Source of the DNA: Candidatus Thalassarchaeaceae archaeon
GTDB taxonomy: Archaea; Thermoplasmatota; Poseidoniia; Poseidoniales; Thalassarchaeaceae
Assembly (NCBI GenBank): GCA_034399535.1
Contig: DASCSS010000018.1
Span: forward strand, 492-64,491
Direction: 5' to 3'
DNA length: 64,000 nt
Position 1 is the first letter of the stretch. Each line of letters begins with the position of its first letter. The notes beneath the pieces were generated by a model. That model worked only from the letters and a program-made list of their open reading frames with translations, ran no database searches and was not told where the DNA came from. Below are positions 53,959 to 62,436 of this stretch, in pieces. Position numbers and translations under genes: made by a program.

Positions 53959-54459
53959 TTATCGCTCTTCGCACTCTAATGTAGGCATTTCGATGTTATA
54001 CATGTGCTCTGCGAAGCGTTGGACGCGCTCCGTGTTCACGCCCAAGTCCGAAATGCCGAGCCTGGACTCGGAGTAAACATGGATTACAGCGTCACCCTGA
54101 TCGCAGAATCCCTTGATTACGAAGTCGTCGGGGAATCTAAAGAAGAGGCTTCGGAAGACGAAATGCGATTGGGCGGGCCATTCCATTAGAGTTGTCGTCC
54201 CGTGCTCAGAGCTCACCCATGACGATGCCTGGGACATTACGGAATCAAGGCTAGAGTTGAATCTTAACTCAGTGAGGCCCTCGCTTCTGTAGGAATTAGG
54301 GCCGATCATTGAGCAATTCCGCGAATCTTCGGGACATTTCTCGGGGAACTGCTCCGGTTCAATCAATCGGTCCGGCGCGAGGATGTAAATGGTGGAGACC
54401 GTCAACAAATAGGCCAGAGACATACCAACTGCTGCTATGACCTTGGTACGGTCCGTCAT
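53959..54459 (-). CDS. DUF1499-family protein with N-terminal TM anchor
   Basis: The block YSESRLGISDLGVNTERV matches the conserved DUF1499 pattern SR.G.SD.GVN..R. It overlaps the grpE stop by 4 nt. Confidence 0.55.
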   Translation of the reverse strand: MTDRTKVIAAVGMSLAYLLTVSTIYILAPDRLIEPEQFPEKCPEDSRNCSMIGPNSYRSEGLTELRFNSSLDSVMSQASSWVSSEHGTTTLMEWPAQSHFVFRSLFFRFPDDFVIKGFCDQGDAVIHVYSESRLGISDLGVNTERVQRFAEHMYNIEMPTLECEER

Positions 54460-54965
54460 GAGTCACCTTCGGCGACGACGACCCGAGCGGCCCTAAGTAC
54501 CCTGTCGTGCATCTGGAAACCCTGCTCGATGACTTCTATTACACTGTCCGGGAGGGCGCCTTCGGGGCAAGGCACGGTGGCTATGGCCTCCATGCGAGTT
54601 GGGTCGAATTCCTCGCCTAGGGCCTCTATCTGGACGATTCCCTCGGATGCCATGGCTGTTCTGATGCCTTCCAGGGTCATCCTGACTCCCTCGATGACCG
54701 AAGCAGAATTGCTATCTTCTACGGTTTCGACGGCCTTTGAAAGACCGTCGATCATTGGAATCAGGCGCCTGGCTAGGGAAGCTCCGCCATACTTGATGAG
54801 ATCGGATCTGTCCCTTGCAGAGCGTTGCCTGATATTGGCTATCTCGGCCTTGGCATACTGTAGCTCCTTCTCGATCGCCTCCAAACTCTGACCTTCGTCG
54901 GCTTCAGGATCCGTATCATCCTCTGGTTCTCCTTCCGAAGTCTCTTCTGTCACGTGCTTGGGCAA
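54456..54965 (-). CDS. grpE: Nucleotide exchange factor GrpE
   Basis: Acidic N-terminus, coiled coil LQYAKAEIANIRQRSARDR, and C-terminal beta domain FDPTRMEAI...GFQMHDRVLRAARVVV. Confidence 0.85.
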   Translation of the reverse strand: MPKHVTEETSEGEPEDDTDPEADEGQSLEAIEKELQYAKAEIANIRQRSARDRSDLIKYGGASLARRLIPMIDGLSKAVETVEDSNSASVIEGVRMTLEGIRTAMASEGIVQIEALGEEFDPTRMEAIATVPCPEGALPDSVIEVIEQGFQMHDRVLRAARVVVAEGDS

Positions 54966-54995
54966 GAATCGTTACTCATGAATCCAATGGTCCCA

Positions 54996-56765
54996 TTAGC
55001 TCGAGTAGAAGTATTCGCCAGACGCGCGCTGCTCACGGTCCTTCCTACTAGATGGCTTGTTTATCCTTGGCCTATGAGACTCAATGTCTCGCCGGAATGT
55101 GACTCCCACATCGGACAGGAATAGGTTCATCCCCCTCCGAAGTGGCAGTGGACCGACAGCGTGACCTGCCTTACCACCCTCTCCTTGGAAAACCAGTAGC
55201 GAATCGCTAACTATGTCGATGAAGTAGGTGTCGTGGTCAATCACCATTGCAGCCTTCTCGTTGCTCTCCATTGTTCTCCTGATTGCCTTCGCTGCCTCCA
55301 TGCGTGCGTTTGCATCCAAATGAGCACTGGGCTCGTCGAACAAGTACAAGTCCGCCTCCTTGCCCAGACAAATTGCAATGCTGACGGCTTGCAATTCGCC
55401 GCCGGAGAGCTTCTTTGCCTCTAGCTCCAATAACTGATCAACCTGCAGCGCCCTGATGACTTGGGTTCGGAACTCACCAGAACGCCAATCAATGCCTATC
55501 TCTGTGTCCAACCATTCCATCACGGTCCCCTCGAAATCGGTACTGACATGTTGGGGCTTGTAAGACACCACTGAGTCCATTGTACACCAGCCTTGATCCG
55601 GTTCCATCTCTCCTGCAAAAATCCTGACCATCGTGGTCTTACCAGTTGAGTTAGGTCCCACTATCCCCACGACTTCGGCACTTCTGACTTGTCCTTCCCC
55701 TGTTGAAAGTTGGAAATCACCTAGTTTCTTCTCCATGTCTCCCCATCTGAGAATGGCCATCCCAACCTCCTCTCCCCTATCCCTAGCCCTGAGAAATTGG
55801 ATGGGTTTATCCCTGATTCTAACGTTCTCTTCAGGCAAGAAGCCTTGCAAGTAAGCATTAATCGCTGCTCTGGTTGATCTGGGTGGTGTGAAAATCCCGT
55901 AAGCAGCCCGCTCCCCATAGATTACGTGGATTAGATCGCAAAGTACGTCCAATATGGCCAAATCGTGCTCCACTACGAGGACCCTCTTTCCCTTGGCAGC
56001 CAAGTCCTGGACGATGCTGACCATTCGCATTCTCTCGTAGATGTCCAAGTAAGAAGAGGGTTCGTCGAAGAAGTAGACATCGGCCTCCTTTAGCAGAGTT
56101 GCGCAAATAGCTACCCTCTGAAGCTCCCCCCCTGACAGACCCCCGAGCTTCCGAGGCAGGATGTGCTCGATGTCGAGAGTTTCCGCAAAGACCCCCATCT
56201 CATCTCGGTCATCAACTCTTTCGAGCAGTTCTCTGACCTCCCCATCGAAAATCTTGGGTAGGTTGTCGATGTACTGAGGTTTGACCGCGATGCTGACTCC
56301 CTCGTTAGCAATTAGGCTAAGATAGTCGCGGAGCTCCCCTCGGGGGAAGGTGGTGATGACGTCATCCCACTCTGGAAGGGGGTTCTCCCAGTCACCTAGA
56401 TTTGGCCTGATGGTTCCTGACAAGATGTTGATCGCGGTGGACTTTCCTATCCCATTGGGCCCTAGAATTCCGACGACCTGTTCCTCTCGTGGAGAAGGGA
56501 GTCTGAAGAGCCGGAATCCATTCTCACCAAAACAATGGGTCCTATCAGTGTCTAGCTCTTCTGGAAGATTGATGATTTTGACTGCGTCGTCGGGACAGTG
56601 CTTGGCGCGTGTCAGGCACACCGGGCAAGCCGTCTCGAGAATCTTTACTTTGTTGCCTTCGACTTGGATGCACTCTCGCTCGCACATTGCAGCGTATTTT
56701 TGGAGATAGGCGAAGGCATTACTGTTCGGCTTGCACCTTTCCTCGAGCAGTACTGCGACCCTCAT
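54996..56765 (-). CDS. abce1: ABCE1 / RNase L inhibitor (ribosome recycling ATPase)
   Basis: N-terminal Fe-S cysteines (CKPN...C..EC, CPVCLTRAKHCP) and two ABC cassettes with Walker A GPNGIGKST and GPNSTGKTT. Confidence 0.93.
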   Translation of the reverse strand: MRVAVLLEERCKPNSNAFAYLQKYAAMCERECIQVEGNKVKILETACPVCLTRAKHCPDDAVKIINLPEELDTDRTHCFGENGFRLFRLPSPREEQVVGILGPNGIGKSTAINILSGTIRPNLGDWENPLPEWDDVITTFPRGELRDYLSLIANEGVSIAVKPQYIDNLPKIFDGEVRELLERVDDRDEMGVFAETLDIEHILPRKLGGLSGGELQRVAICATLLKEADVYFFDEPSSYLDIYERMRMVSIVQDLAAKGKRVLVVEHDLAILDVLCDLIHVIYGERAAYGIFTPPRSTRAAINAYLQGFLPEENVRIRDKPIQFLRARDRGEEVGMAILRWGDMEKKLGDFQLSTGEGQVRSAEVVGIVGPNSTGKTTMVRIFAGEMEPDQGWCTMDSVVSYKPQHVSTDFEGTVMEWLDTEIGIDWRSGEFRTQVIRALQVDQLLELEAKKLSGGELQAVSIAICLGKEADLYLFDEPSAHLDANARMEAAKAIRRTMESNEKAAMVIDHDTYFIDIVSDSLLVFQGEGGKAGHAVGPLPLRRGMNLFLSDVGVTFRRDIESHRPRINKPSSRKDREQRASGEYFYSS

Positions 56766-56835
56766 TACTTGCATCCCCTTGACTTTCTCTCAATACATCT
56801 TCCGTGCGGAGCGCGCATGGCGTCCGCTTTTCCCC

Positions 56836-58161
56836 TCAGAGTCCAATGAACCTGTACCTCACGTACACGTATGCTGCAAGTAGCATCTTCTCTGTTTTCG
56901 AGAGTTGTACCCTTTCTGTGAAAACGTCTCCGTCCCTCTTGATGATCTTCTTCATAATGGACTGGTAGAATGATGCCATAGCCGCGGGGGAGTATCTGGA
57001 TGACTTGTCCAGATGAGGTAGGACCTTGAAGGCCCGCATCCTGTAGCCATCGGCGCGTTCCAAGTACTCCTTCACGAACGGCGCCCATCCAGGGTGATTC
57101 AGCAATTCCTTGCCGCTCTTAATATCGTCCTCGGTGACTCCCCAACGAGCAAGGTCCTCCATTGGGAGATAGATTCGATCCCTCTCGGCGTCCTCGGCAA
57201 CATCGCGAATTATGTTTATGAGTTGCATGAAGATCCCCCATGATTCTGCATACTCCCTTGTACGGAGGTTGTCGTAGTCGTAAATTTCGATGCACACCAG
57301 GCCGACCGTTGAAGCGACACGGTAACAGTACGAGTATAGCTCTTCGAACGTTTGGTAGCGATTCTTATGGAAGTCGTTCTCCATGCCGCTGATCATGTCG
57401 TCTAGCAATTGACGCGGAATTCCGTGCCTCCTCACGGTATCCTTGAGAGCTATGAAGATGGGGTCTGTTGAGGTGATGTCCCCATAGGCCGTGGACAGCT
57501 TCTTGCGGTAGTAGAACAACTGTGACATCTTCTCGTTGTAGGTTGACCTATCGAGAACCGGTCCCCCGGGACTTAGCCTCTCTATGGAAGACCTGTACTG
57601 GATTGACTCAGGGTCGTCTTCGGAACCACCGGGGAATACATCATTAAAATCCCCGTCTGCGATGTCATCGGCCCTCCTGCAGAATGCGTAGTAAGCCATT
57701 ATTGAGCGTCTCTTCTCCTCTGGGAGGTACTTGAAAGAGTGGTAGAAATTGCCGGCTTCTCTGCGAGTCAGCTCCTCGCAGAAGTCATAGGATGTTTCGA
57801 TCATGTGCCGTGGGACCTCGGGCTCGGTCCATATCGCAGCATCAATATGTCTGAAGGGGTCAACTAGTTCGCCTCGGGATCCAATTACCCCCATGAAGAG
57901 GGCCCCCTCCCTGACTGCCTCTAGGGCAGTTATGCTAATGGCATGGGCTGCCTCCTTGGTAATGTCCACCGTTGCCCTGATAAGGTCAATGGGCTGTTCG
58001 GAATCCTGGATTCCCCCTTCAAGATGAAGGGCGGGCTCCGCTAAGTAAGCGGATTCGATTTCGGATTCCTGCGGCTGAGCCATCCCACTCCCAAATCGGG
58101 CGGCCACGCAGCCCACTTGAATATCTCCCAATTTCGTCTGTGTTGGACTTCGTATTCGCAC
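56836..58161 (-). CDS. Squalene/phytoene synthase family enzyme (CrtB/HpnD-like) with about 120-aa N-terminal extension
   Basis: YHSFKYLP and YAFCRRADDIADG (first Asp-rich motif), then a second Asp-rich region, DVAEDAERDRIYLP. An alternative start is ATG 58083. Confidence 0.85.
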   Translation of the reverse strand: MRIRSPTQTKLGDIQVGCVAARFGSGMAQPQESEIESAYLAEPALHLEGGIQDSEQPIDLIRATVDITKEAAHAISITALEAVREGALFMGVIGSRGELVDPFRHIDAAIWTEPEVPRHMIETSYDFCEELTRREAGNFYHSFKYLPEEKRRSIMAYYAFCRRADDIADGDFNDVFPGGSEDDPESIQYRSSIERLSPGGPVLDRSTYNEKMSQLFYYRKKLSTAYGDITSTDPIFIALKDTVRRHGIPRQLLDDMISGMENDFHKNRYQTFEELYSYCYRVASTVGLVCIEIYDYDNLRTREYAESWGIFMQLINIIRDVAEDAERDRIYLPMEDLARWGVTEDDIKSGKELLNHPGWAPFVKEYLERADGYRMRAFKVLPHLDKSSRYSPAAMASFYQSIMKKIIKRDGDVFTERVQLSKTEKMLLAAYVYVRYRFIGL

Positions 58162-58190
58162 ACATTAGAATGTGGCGAGTAGTAGGCCGT

Positions 58191-59225
58191 TTATCCGTCT
58201 TCCAGGAGCTTCTGACTTCGGCCGGGGAAGGGAACGGCCATGATCACTCGGCTAACGACCTTCTCGATATCTGATCTTTGTATCTTGATTCGGCTAGAAG
58301 AGTCGAGAACGTTTCCCTCCCTCAACAGTGAGATGGTTTGCTTCCCAATCACCACAGGCAACATGCAGGAACCACGTAGCCTGAATTGCCCATGCGGGAT
58401 CATTCCGATGTACTGTACGGCAGCCTCCAGATGTGAATCGGTCAAATCCAGATAGCGATCATATAGGGGCCTGAATCGGTCAATGTTGCTTTGTTCAGTC
58501 AAGTCAGATGGCTCCATTCCATGCTCGCTCAGGGATGTCCGGGGAATGTAGCACCTTCCAGCACGTAGATCTGCTGGTATGTCCCTGAGGATGTTGATCA
58601 TCTGTAGGGCCTTGCCAAACCTGATGCCCTTTTCGAAGAGCTCTGACTCTTCACTTGGCGAAACCTGGAAAATGTGTTCGAGGGCCATTCGTGTCCAGAA
58701 CTCCCCCACGCTACCGGCTACCCTGTATGCATAGTCGTCCAATTCAGCATCATCGGAAAGTGGCACTATTTCATCCACGGTTCCGGAAAAGCGTTCCAAG
58801 TCCAGAGTCTGGCCACTGATGATGATTTCTAGGCAACAGAGTATGTGCGTCTGATCGGATTCTGAGAAGTCGGATAGGGCCCCCACTACTCCCTCGGCAT
58901 TCCTCAATAGATCCCCCTCCGATTCGAGATCCTGGATCGCCGCCAGTTCGCCAAGTTCGGGAGGCTCGGCAGAGCGACCTTGGGCAAATTCCCCGAATTT
59001 CCTAAGAGCCCCTAGACTCGTTTCCAATGATCCCTGAGTTGAGTCGGCAATGGTGTCGGAGGTCCGTGCTAGGAGGTAGAGAAGGCTGATTTGGGGGCGA
59101 ATTGCGGATGGTAGTTGCTTCAAGGACAGGTAGAACGAGCGGGAAGTGCCCTCCAGAATTGAGTCTAGTCTGGAGTTGAGAATTTTGGACACTGTGCAAC
59201 CACCTAGACCCTGCTGAATGGTCAC
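58191..59225 (-). CDS. Squalene/phytoene synthase family enzyme (HpnC-like paralogue)
   Basis: SRSFYLSLKQLP, LLARTSDTIADS and ILRDIPADLRAGRCYIP blocks. It lies in tandem with the preceding paralogue. Confidence 0.8.
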   Translation of the reverse strand: MTIQQGLGGCTVSKILNSRLDSILEGTSRSFYLSLKQLPSAIRPQISLLYLLARTSDTIADSTQGSLETSLGALRKFGEFAQGRSAEPPELGELAAIQDLESEGDLLRNAEGVVGALSDFSESDQTHILCCLEIIISGQTLDLERFSGTVDEIVPLSDDAELDDYAYRVAGSVGEFWTRMALEHIFQVSPSEESELFEKGIRFGKALQMINILRDIPADLRAGRCYIPRTSLSEHGMEPSDLTEQSNIDRFRPLYDRYLDLTDSHLEAAVQYIGMIPHGQFRLRGSCMLPVVIGKQTISLLREGNVLDSSSRIKIQRSDIEKVVSRVIMAVPFPGRSQKLLEDG

Positions 59226-59229
59226 ACTC

Positions 59230-60159
59230 CTAAGACTCTCGGAGTCCTGCTTCCACCAATGCCTTCAGTAGTGCCTCGCCGATCTTTGACGGATCCCTGG
59301 CAATGTGAATCCCCGCATCCTCGAATGCTGCGAACTTTTCCGCTGCTGTGCCCTTTCCACCGGAGATGATGGCCCCCGCGTGACCCATCCGCTTCCCAGG
59401 GGGAGCGGTTGCTCCGGCTACGAACCCAACGAGGGGTTTTGAGAAGTGCGATTTAGCCCACATCGCGGCTTCCTCCTCGGCAGTACCACCTATCTCCCCA
59501 ATCATAACTACAGCCTCGGTCTCAGGGTCCTCTTCGAAGGCTGCTAAGCAGTCGATGAACCCGGTTCCGTTGACTGGATCGCCCCCTATGCCGACGCAGG
59601 TTGTCTGGCCCTCGCCTACGCTCATTGTCTGAGCGACAGCTTCGTAGGTGAGCGTTCCGGACTTAGAGATGATTCCGATGCGCCCCTTTGAATGGATGTA
59701 TCCTGGCATAATTCCGATCTTGCAACCTCCTTCGTCACCGGGACTGATGATTCCTGGGCAGTTTGGTCCGATTAACCGCACACCGGGCTTCTGACCGATG
59801 TGGGCGACTACCCTAACCATGTCAAGGATGGGGATTCCCTCAGTTATGCAAATGATCAAACCCCCTCCGTTGTTTTCGTGAAATGCGTCGGATGCCTCGA
59901 TAATCGCTGGTGCAGCGAACCTCGCTGGTACGTAAATCACACTCGCCGATGCCCCGGTGCTTGCAATCGCTTCGGACATGGAGTCGAAGACTGGTACTTC
60001 CCTGCCTGGAAGTGACACGGTCTGTCCGCCCTTCCCGGGAGTGACTCCTCCGACTATGTTGGTACCATACTCGACCATCCGTGTTGAGTGGAAGGTGCCT
60101 TGGCTACCAGTGATCCCCTGGACTAGCACCTTGGTCTCATCGTTGATCCAGATGGCCAT
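59230..60159 (-). CDS. sucD: Succinyl-CoA synthetase alpha subunit
   Basis: [14 protein letters not shown], the phosphohistidine loop [15 protein letters not shown], and the CoA-binding N-terminus. Confidence 0.95.
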   Translation of the reverse strand: MAIWINDETKVLVQGITGSQGTFHSTRMVEYGTNIVGGVTPGKGGQTVSLPGREVPVFDSMSEAIASTGASASVIYVPARFAAPAIIEASDAFHENNGGGLIICITEGIPILDMVRVVAHIGQKPGVRLIGPNCPGIISPGDEGGCKIGIMPGYIHSKGRIGIISKSGTLTYEAVAQTMSVGEGQTTCVGIGGDPVNGTGFIDCLAAFEEDPETEAVVMIGEIGGTAEEEAAMWAKSHFSKPLVGFVAGATAPPGKRMGHAGAIISGGKGTAAEKFAAFEDAGIHIARDPSKIGEALLKALVEAGLRES

Positions 60160-60161
60160 GC

Positions 60162-61367
60162 TTAGCCACCCCCGATTACTCGTACGATAGCCTCGCCTGC
60201 CTCAGCCAGATTGCTAACCGTGATGACTCCCAAGTCACTCTGCTCTAGTACTCGTCGTCCCGCCTCGTGATTGGTTCCTGAGAAGCGAACGACCAGTGGG
60301 ACTTGCAGGCCCGTTTTCTCGGATGCCGCTATGATGCTGTGGGCGACCATGTCGCATCTGATTATCCCACCGAAAATGTTGACGAGGATTCCTTCGAGAC
60401 TCGGATCCTCAAGGATGATTCCAAAGGCAGCGGTGATCGATTCGCTGTCGGCCCCACCTCCAATGTCCAGGAAATTTGCCGGCTCTCCGCCGTATAGCTT
60501 GATGACGTCCATGGTGGCCATTGCGAGTCCGGCACCGTTTACCAGACAACCGATGTTACCGTCCAGATCGACGTAGGAGAGTCCGTGTTCATGGGCTCTG
60601 ACCTCCACCTCCGACTCCTCTGAAATGTCCCTGAGTTCATCCCTCCATGGATGACGCATGGAGGCGTTGTCGTCGAAGCTTACCTTCGCGTCAAGGGCCA
60701 CCATGGTGCCCTCTCCGGTCCTTACCAGGGGGTTGATTTCCATCATAGAGCAGTCCTTTTCGATGAATATTTCCACCAGTTTCGATATCATCTCAACGAA
60801 TGACTCGTGAGATGAGTCGGATAGTCCCAGAGAGCTAGCCATCGACTGCACGCTCTGTGGACTAAGGCCTTTGAGTGGGTCCACCCATGCCTTGTGGATG
60901 GCATTGGGATTTGTCTCGGCGACCTCTTCGATATCGACCCCTCCTTCAGTAGAGGCCATGATTAGCACGGTACCAGTCTCTCTGTCCACGAGGATTGCCA
61001 GGTAGTACTCGTGTTCTATATCACATCCCGTCTCTACGTACAGGTTGCTCACCATCTTTCCGGATGTCCCAGTTTGCTTAGTTACCAGCCTGTGTCCTAG
61101 GATGTTAGAGGCGAATTCCTCCACCTGTTCACGTGAGAAGGCTACCTTTACGCCACCTTCCATTATCAGGTCTCCGGAACTAGGGCAATACAATTTTCCC
61201 TTCCCCCTGCCACCTGCGTGAATCTGGCTCTTCACGGCGACGATTTCGGAGCCTAGGGAATCGTAGGCAGCCAGAGCGTCTTCAACGCTGGTGCAGTGGA
61301 CTCCGTCTTGAACACGTACTCCCGACTCCCTGAATAGAGCCTTTGCCTGGTACTCGTGGATGTTCAT
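60162..61367 (-). CDS. sucC: Succinyl-CoA synthetase beta subunit
   Basis: [20 protein letters not shown]-grasp N-terminus and [11 protein letters not shown]-terminal block. It is adjacent to sucD. Confidence 0.95.
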   Translation of the reverse strand: MNIHEYQAKALFRESGVRVQDGVHCTSVEDALAAYDSLGSEIVAVKSQIHAGGRGKGKLYCPSSGDLIMEGGVKVAFSREQVEEFASNILGHRLVTKQTGTSGKMVSNLYVETGCDIEHEYYLAILVDRETGTVLIMASTEGGVDIEEVAETNPNAIHKAWVDPLKGLSPQSVQSMASSLGLSDSSHESFVEMISKLVEIFIEKDCSMMEINPLVRTGEGTMVALDAKVSFDDNASMRHPWRDELRDISEESEVEVRAHEHGLSYVDLDGNIGCLVNGAGLAMATMDVIKLYGGEPANFLDIGGGADSESITAAFGIILEDPSLEGILVNIFGGIIRCDMVAHSIIAASEKTGLQVPLVVRFSGTNHEAGRRVLEQSDLGVITVSNLAEAGEAIVRVIGGG

Positions 61368-61465
61368 GACCTACCCACTGCCAACGTGCCCTTGAACGAT
61401 GCGGCCAAGCATTTCCTGAAGTAATCCCGCGAAGCGATGAAAGGCTCCCGCTTGTTGGGAATATC

Positions 61466-62428
61466 ATGGACGTAGTTGTTCTAGCCGGGGGATTCGGCAC
61501 TAGGCTACGTCCATTGACGGAAGGGGTCCCCAAGCCCTTGCTACCGATACTCGACAGGGCGATGATCGAGCACGTTGTTGCCGTTCTGCCCGAATCCCTA
61601 GTGGACAGGGTACTAATCGCATCCGGATTTGGAATCGACAAGATGAGGGCACACTTCTCCGGAATCGACCTCCCATACGATGTGGTAATCGTCGAGGAGC
61701 GCGAGCCCCTGGGCACCGGTGGGGCTATTGAGAACTGCAAAGAGCACCTGTCCGGTGAGGCTTTCTGCGTGATCAACGGGGACCTGATTACTAGCCTCAG
61801 AGTCGGGGAGATGCTCGAATTCCACCAAAGCAACGGTGGGATTGCGACAATCTCGCTTTGGGAGGTGGAGGACCCCTCGAGGTTCGGTGTAGCGGACTAC
61901 AACCCAAAAACAGGGAAGATTAGGAGGTTCCAAGAGAAACCCCCGAAGGAGGAAGCCTACTCCAATCTGATTAACGCGGGGACATACATTCTCGAACCGG
62001 AGATTTTCAAGCTGATGCCGGATGGCGCCCATAGCATCGAGCGAGACGTCTACGAGGACCTAGCGGCAACGGGTGGGCTGAATGGATTCCCGTTCGAGGG
62101 ATGGTTCGTCGATGCAGGGACAAAGGAGTCATTCATCGAGGCAACTCAAGTGTGCATCTCGAGAGGCAGGTTCGCAAGTGGGTCAGTGATCGGAGACTCG
62201 TGGTTCGGAGACGGCTCCAGCAACTCAGGAGATGTCAGCAGTAGCTCCGTCGGAGGCCTTGCAAGGATTGGCGAAGGAACTGTGATACGTGACTCGGTGA
62301 TCATGGAAGGAGCCATGATTGGACCCGGATGCAATATCGAAGGTTGCCTGGTGGGGATGGGGGCAGAGGTTGATGCGGGAACAGCGCTGTCCGGGGAAAT
62401 AGTGAACCACGGAAGTCGTCAGGACTGA
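61466..62428 (+). CDS. Sugar-1-phosphate nucleotidyltransferase with C-terminal left-handed beta-helix
   Basis: VVLAGGFGTRLRPLTEGVPKPLLPI signature and a C-terminal hexapeptide-like repeat region. Confidence 0.85.
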   Translation: MDVVVLAGGFGTRLRPLTEGVPKPLLPILDRAMIEHVVAVLPESLVDRVLIASGFGIDKMRAHFSGIDLPYDVVIVEEREPLGTGGAIENCKEHLSGEAFCVINGDLITSLRVGEMLEFHQSNGGIATISLWEVEDPSRFGVADYNPKTGKIRRFQEKPPKEEAYSNLINAGTYILEPEIFKLMPDGAHSIERDVYEDLAATGGLNGFPFEGWFVDAGTKESFIEATQVCISRGRFASGSVIGDSWFGDGSSNSGDVSSSSVGGLARIGEGTVIRDSVIMEGAMIGPGCNIEGCLVGMGAEVDAGTALSGEIVNHGSRQD

Positions 62429-62436
62429 ATGGGCAC

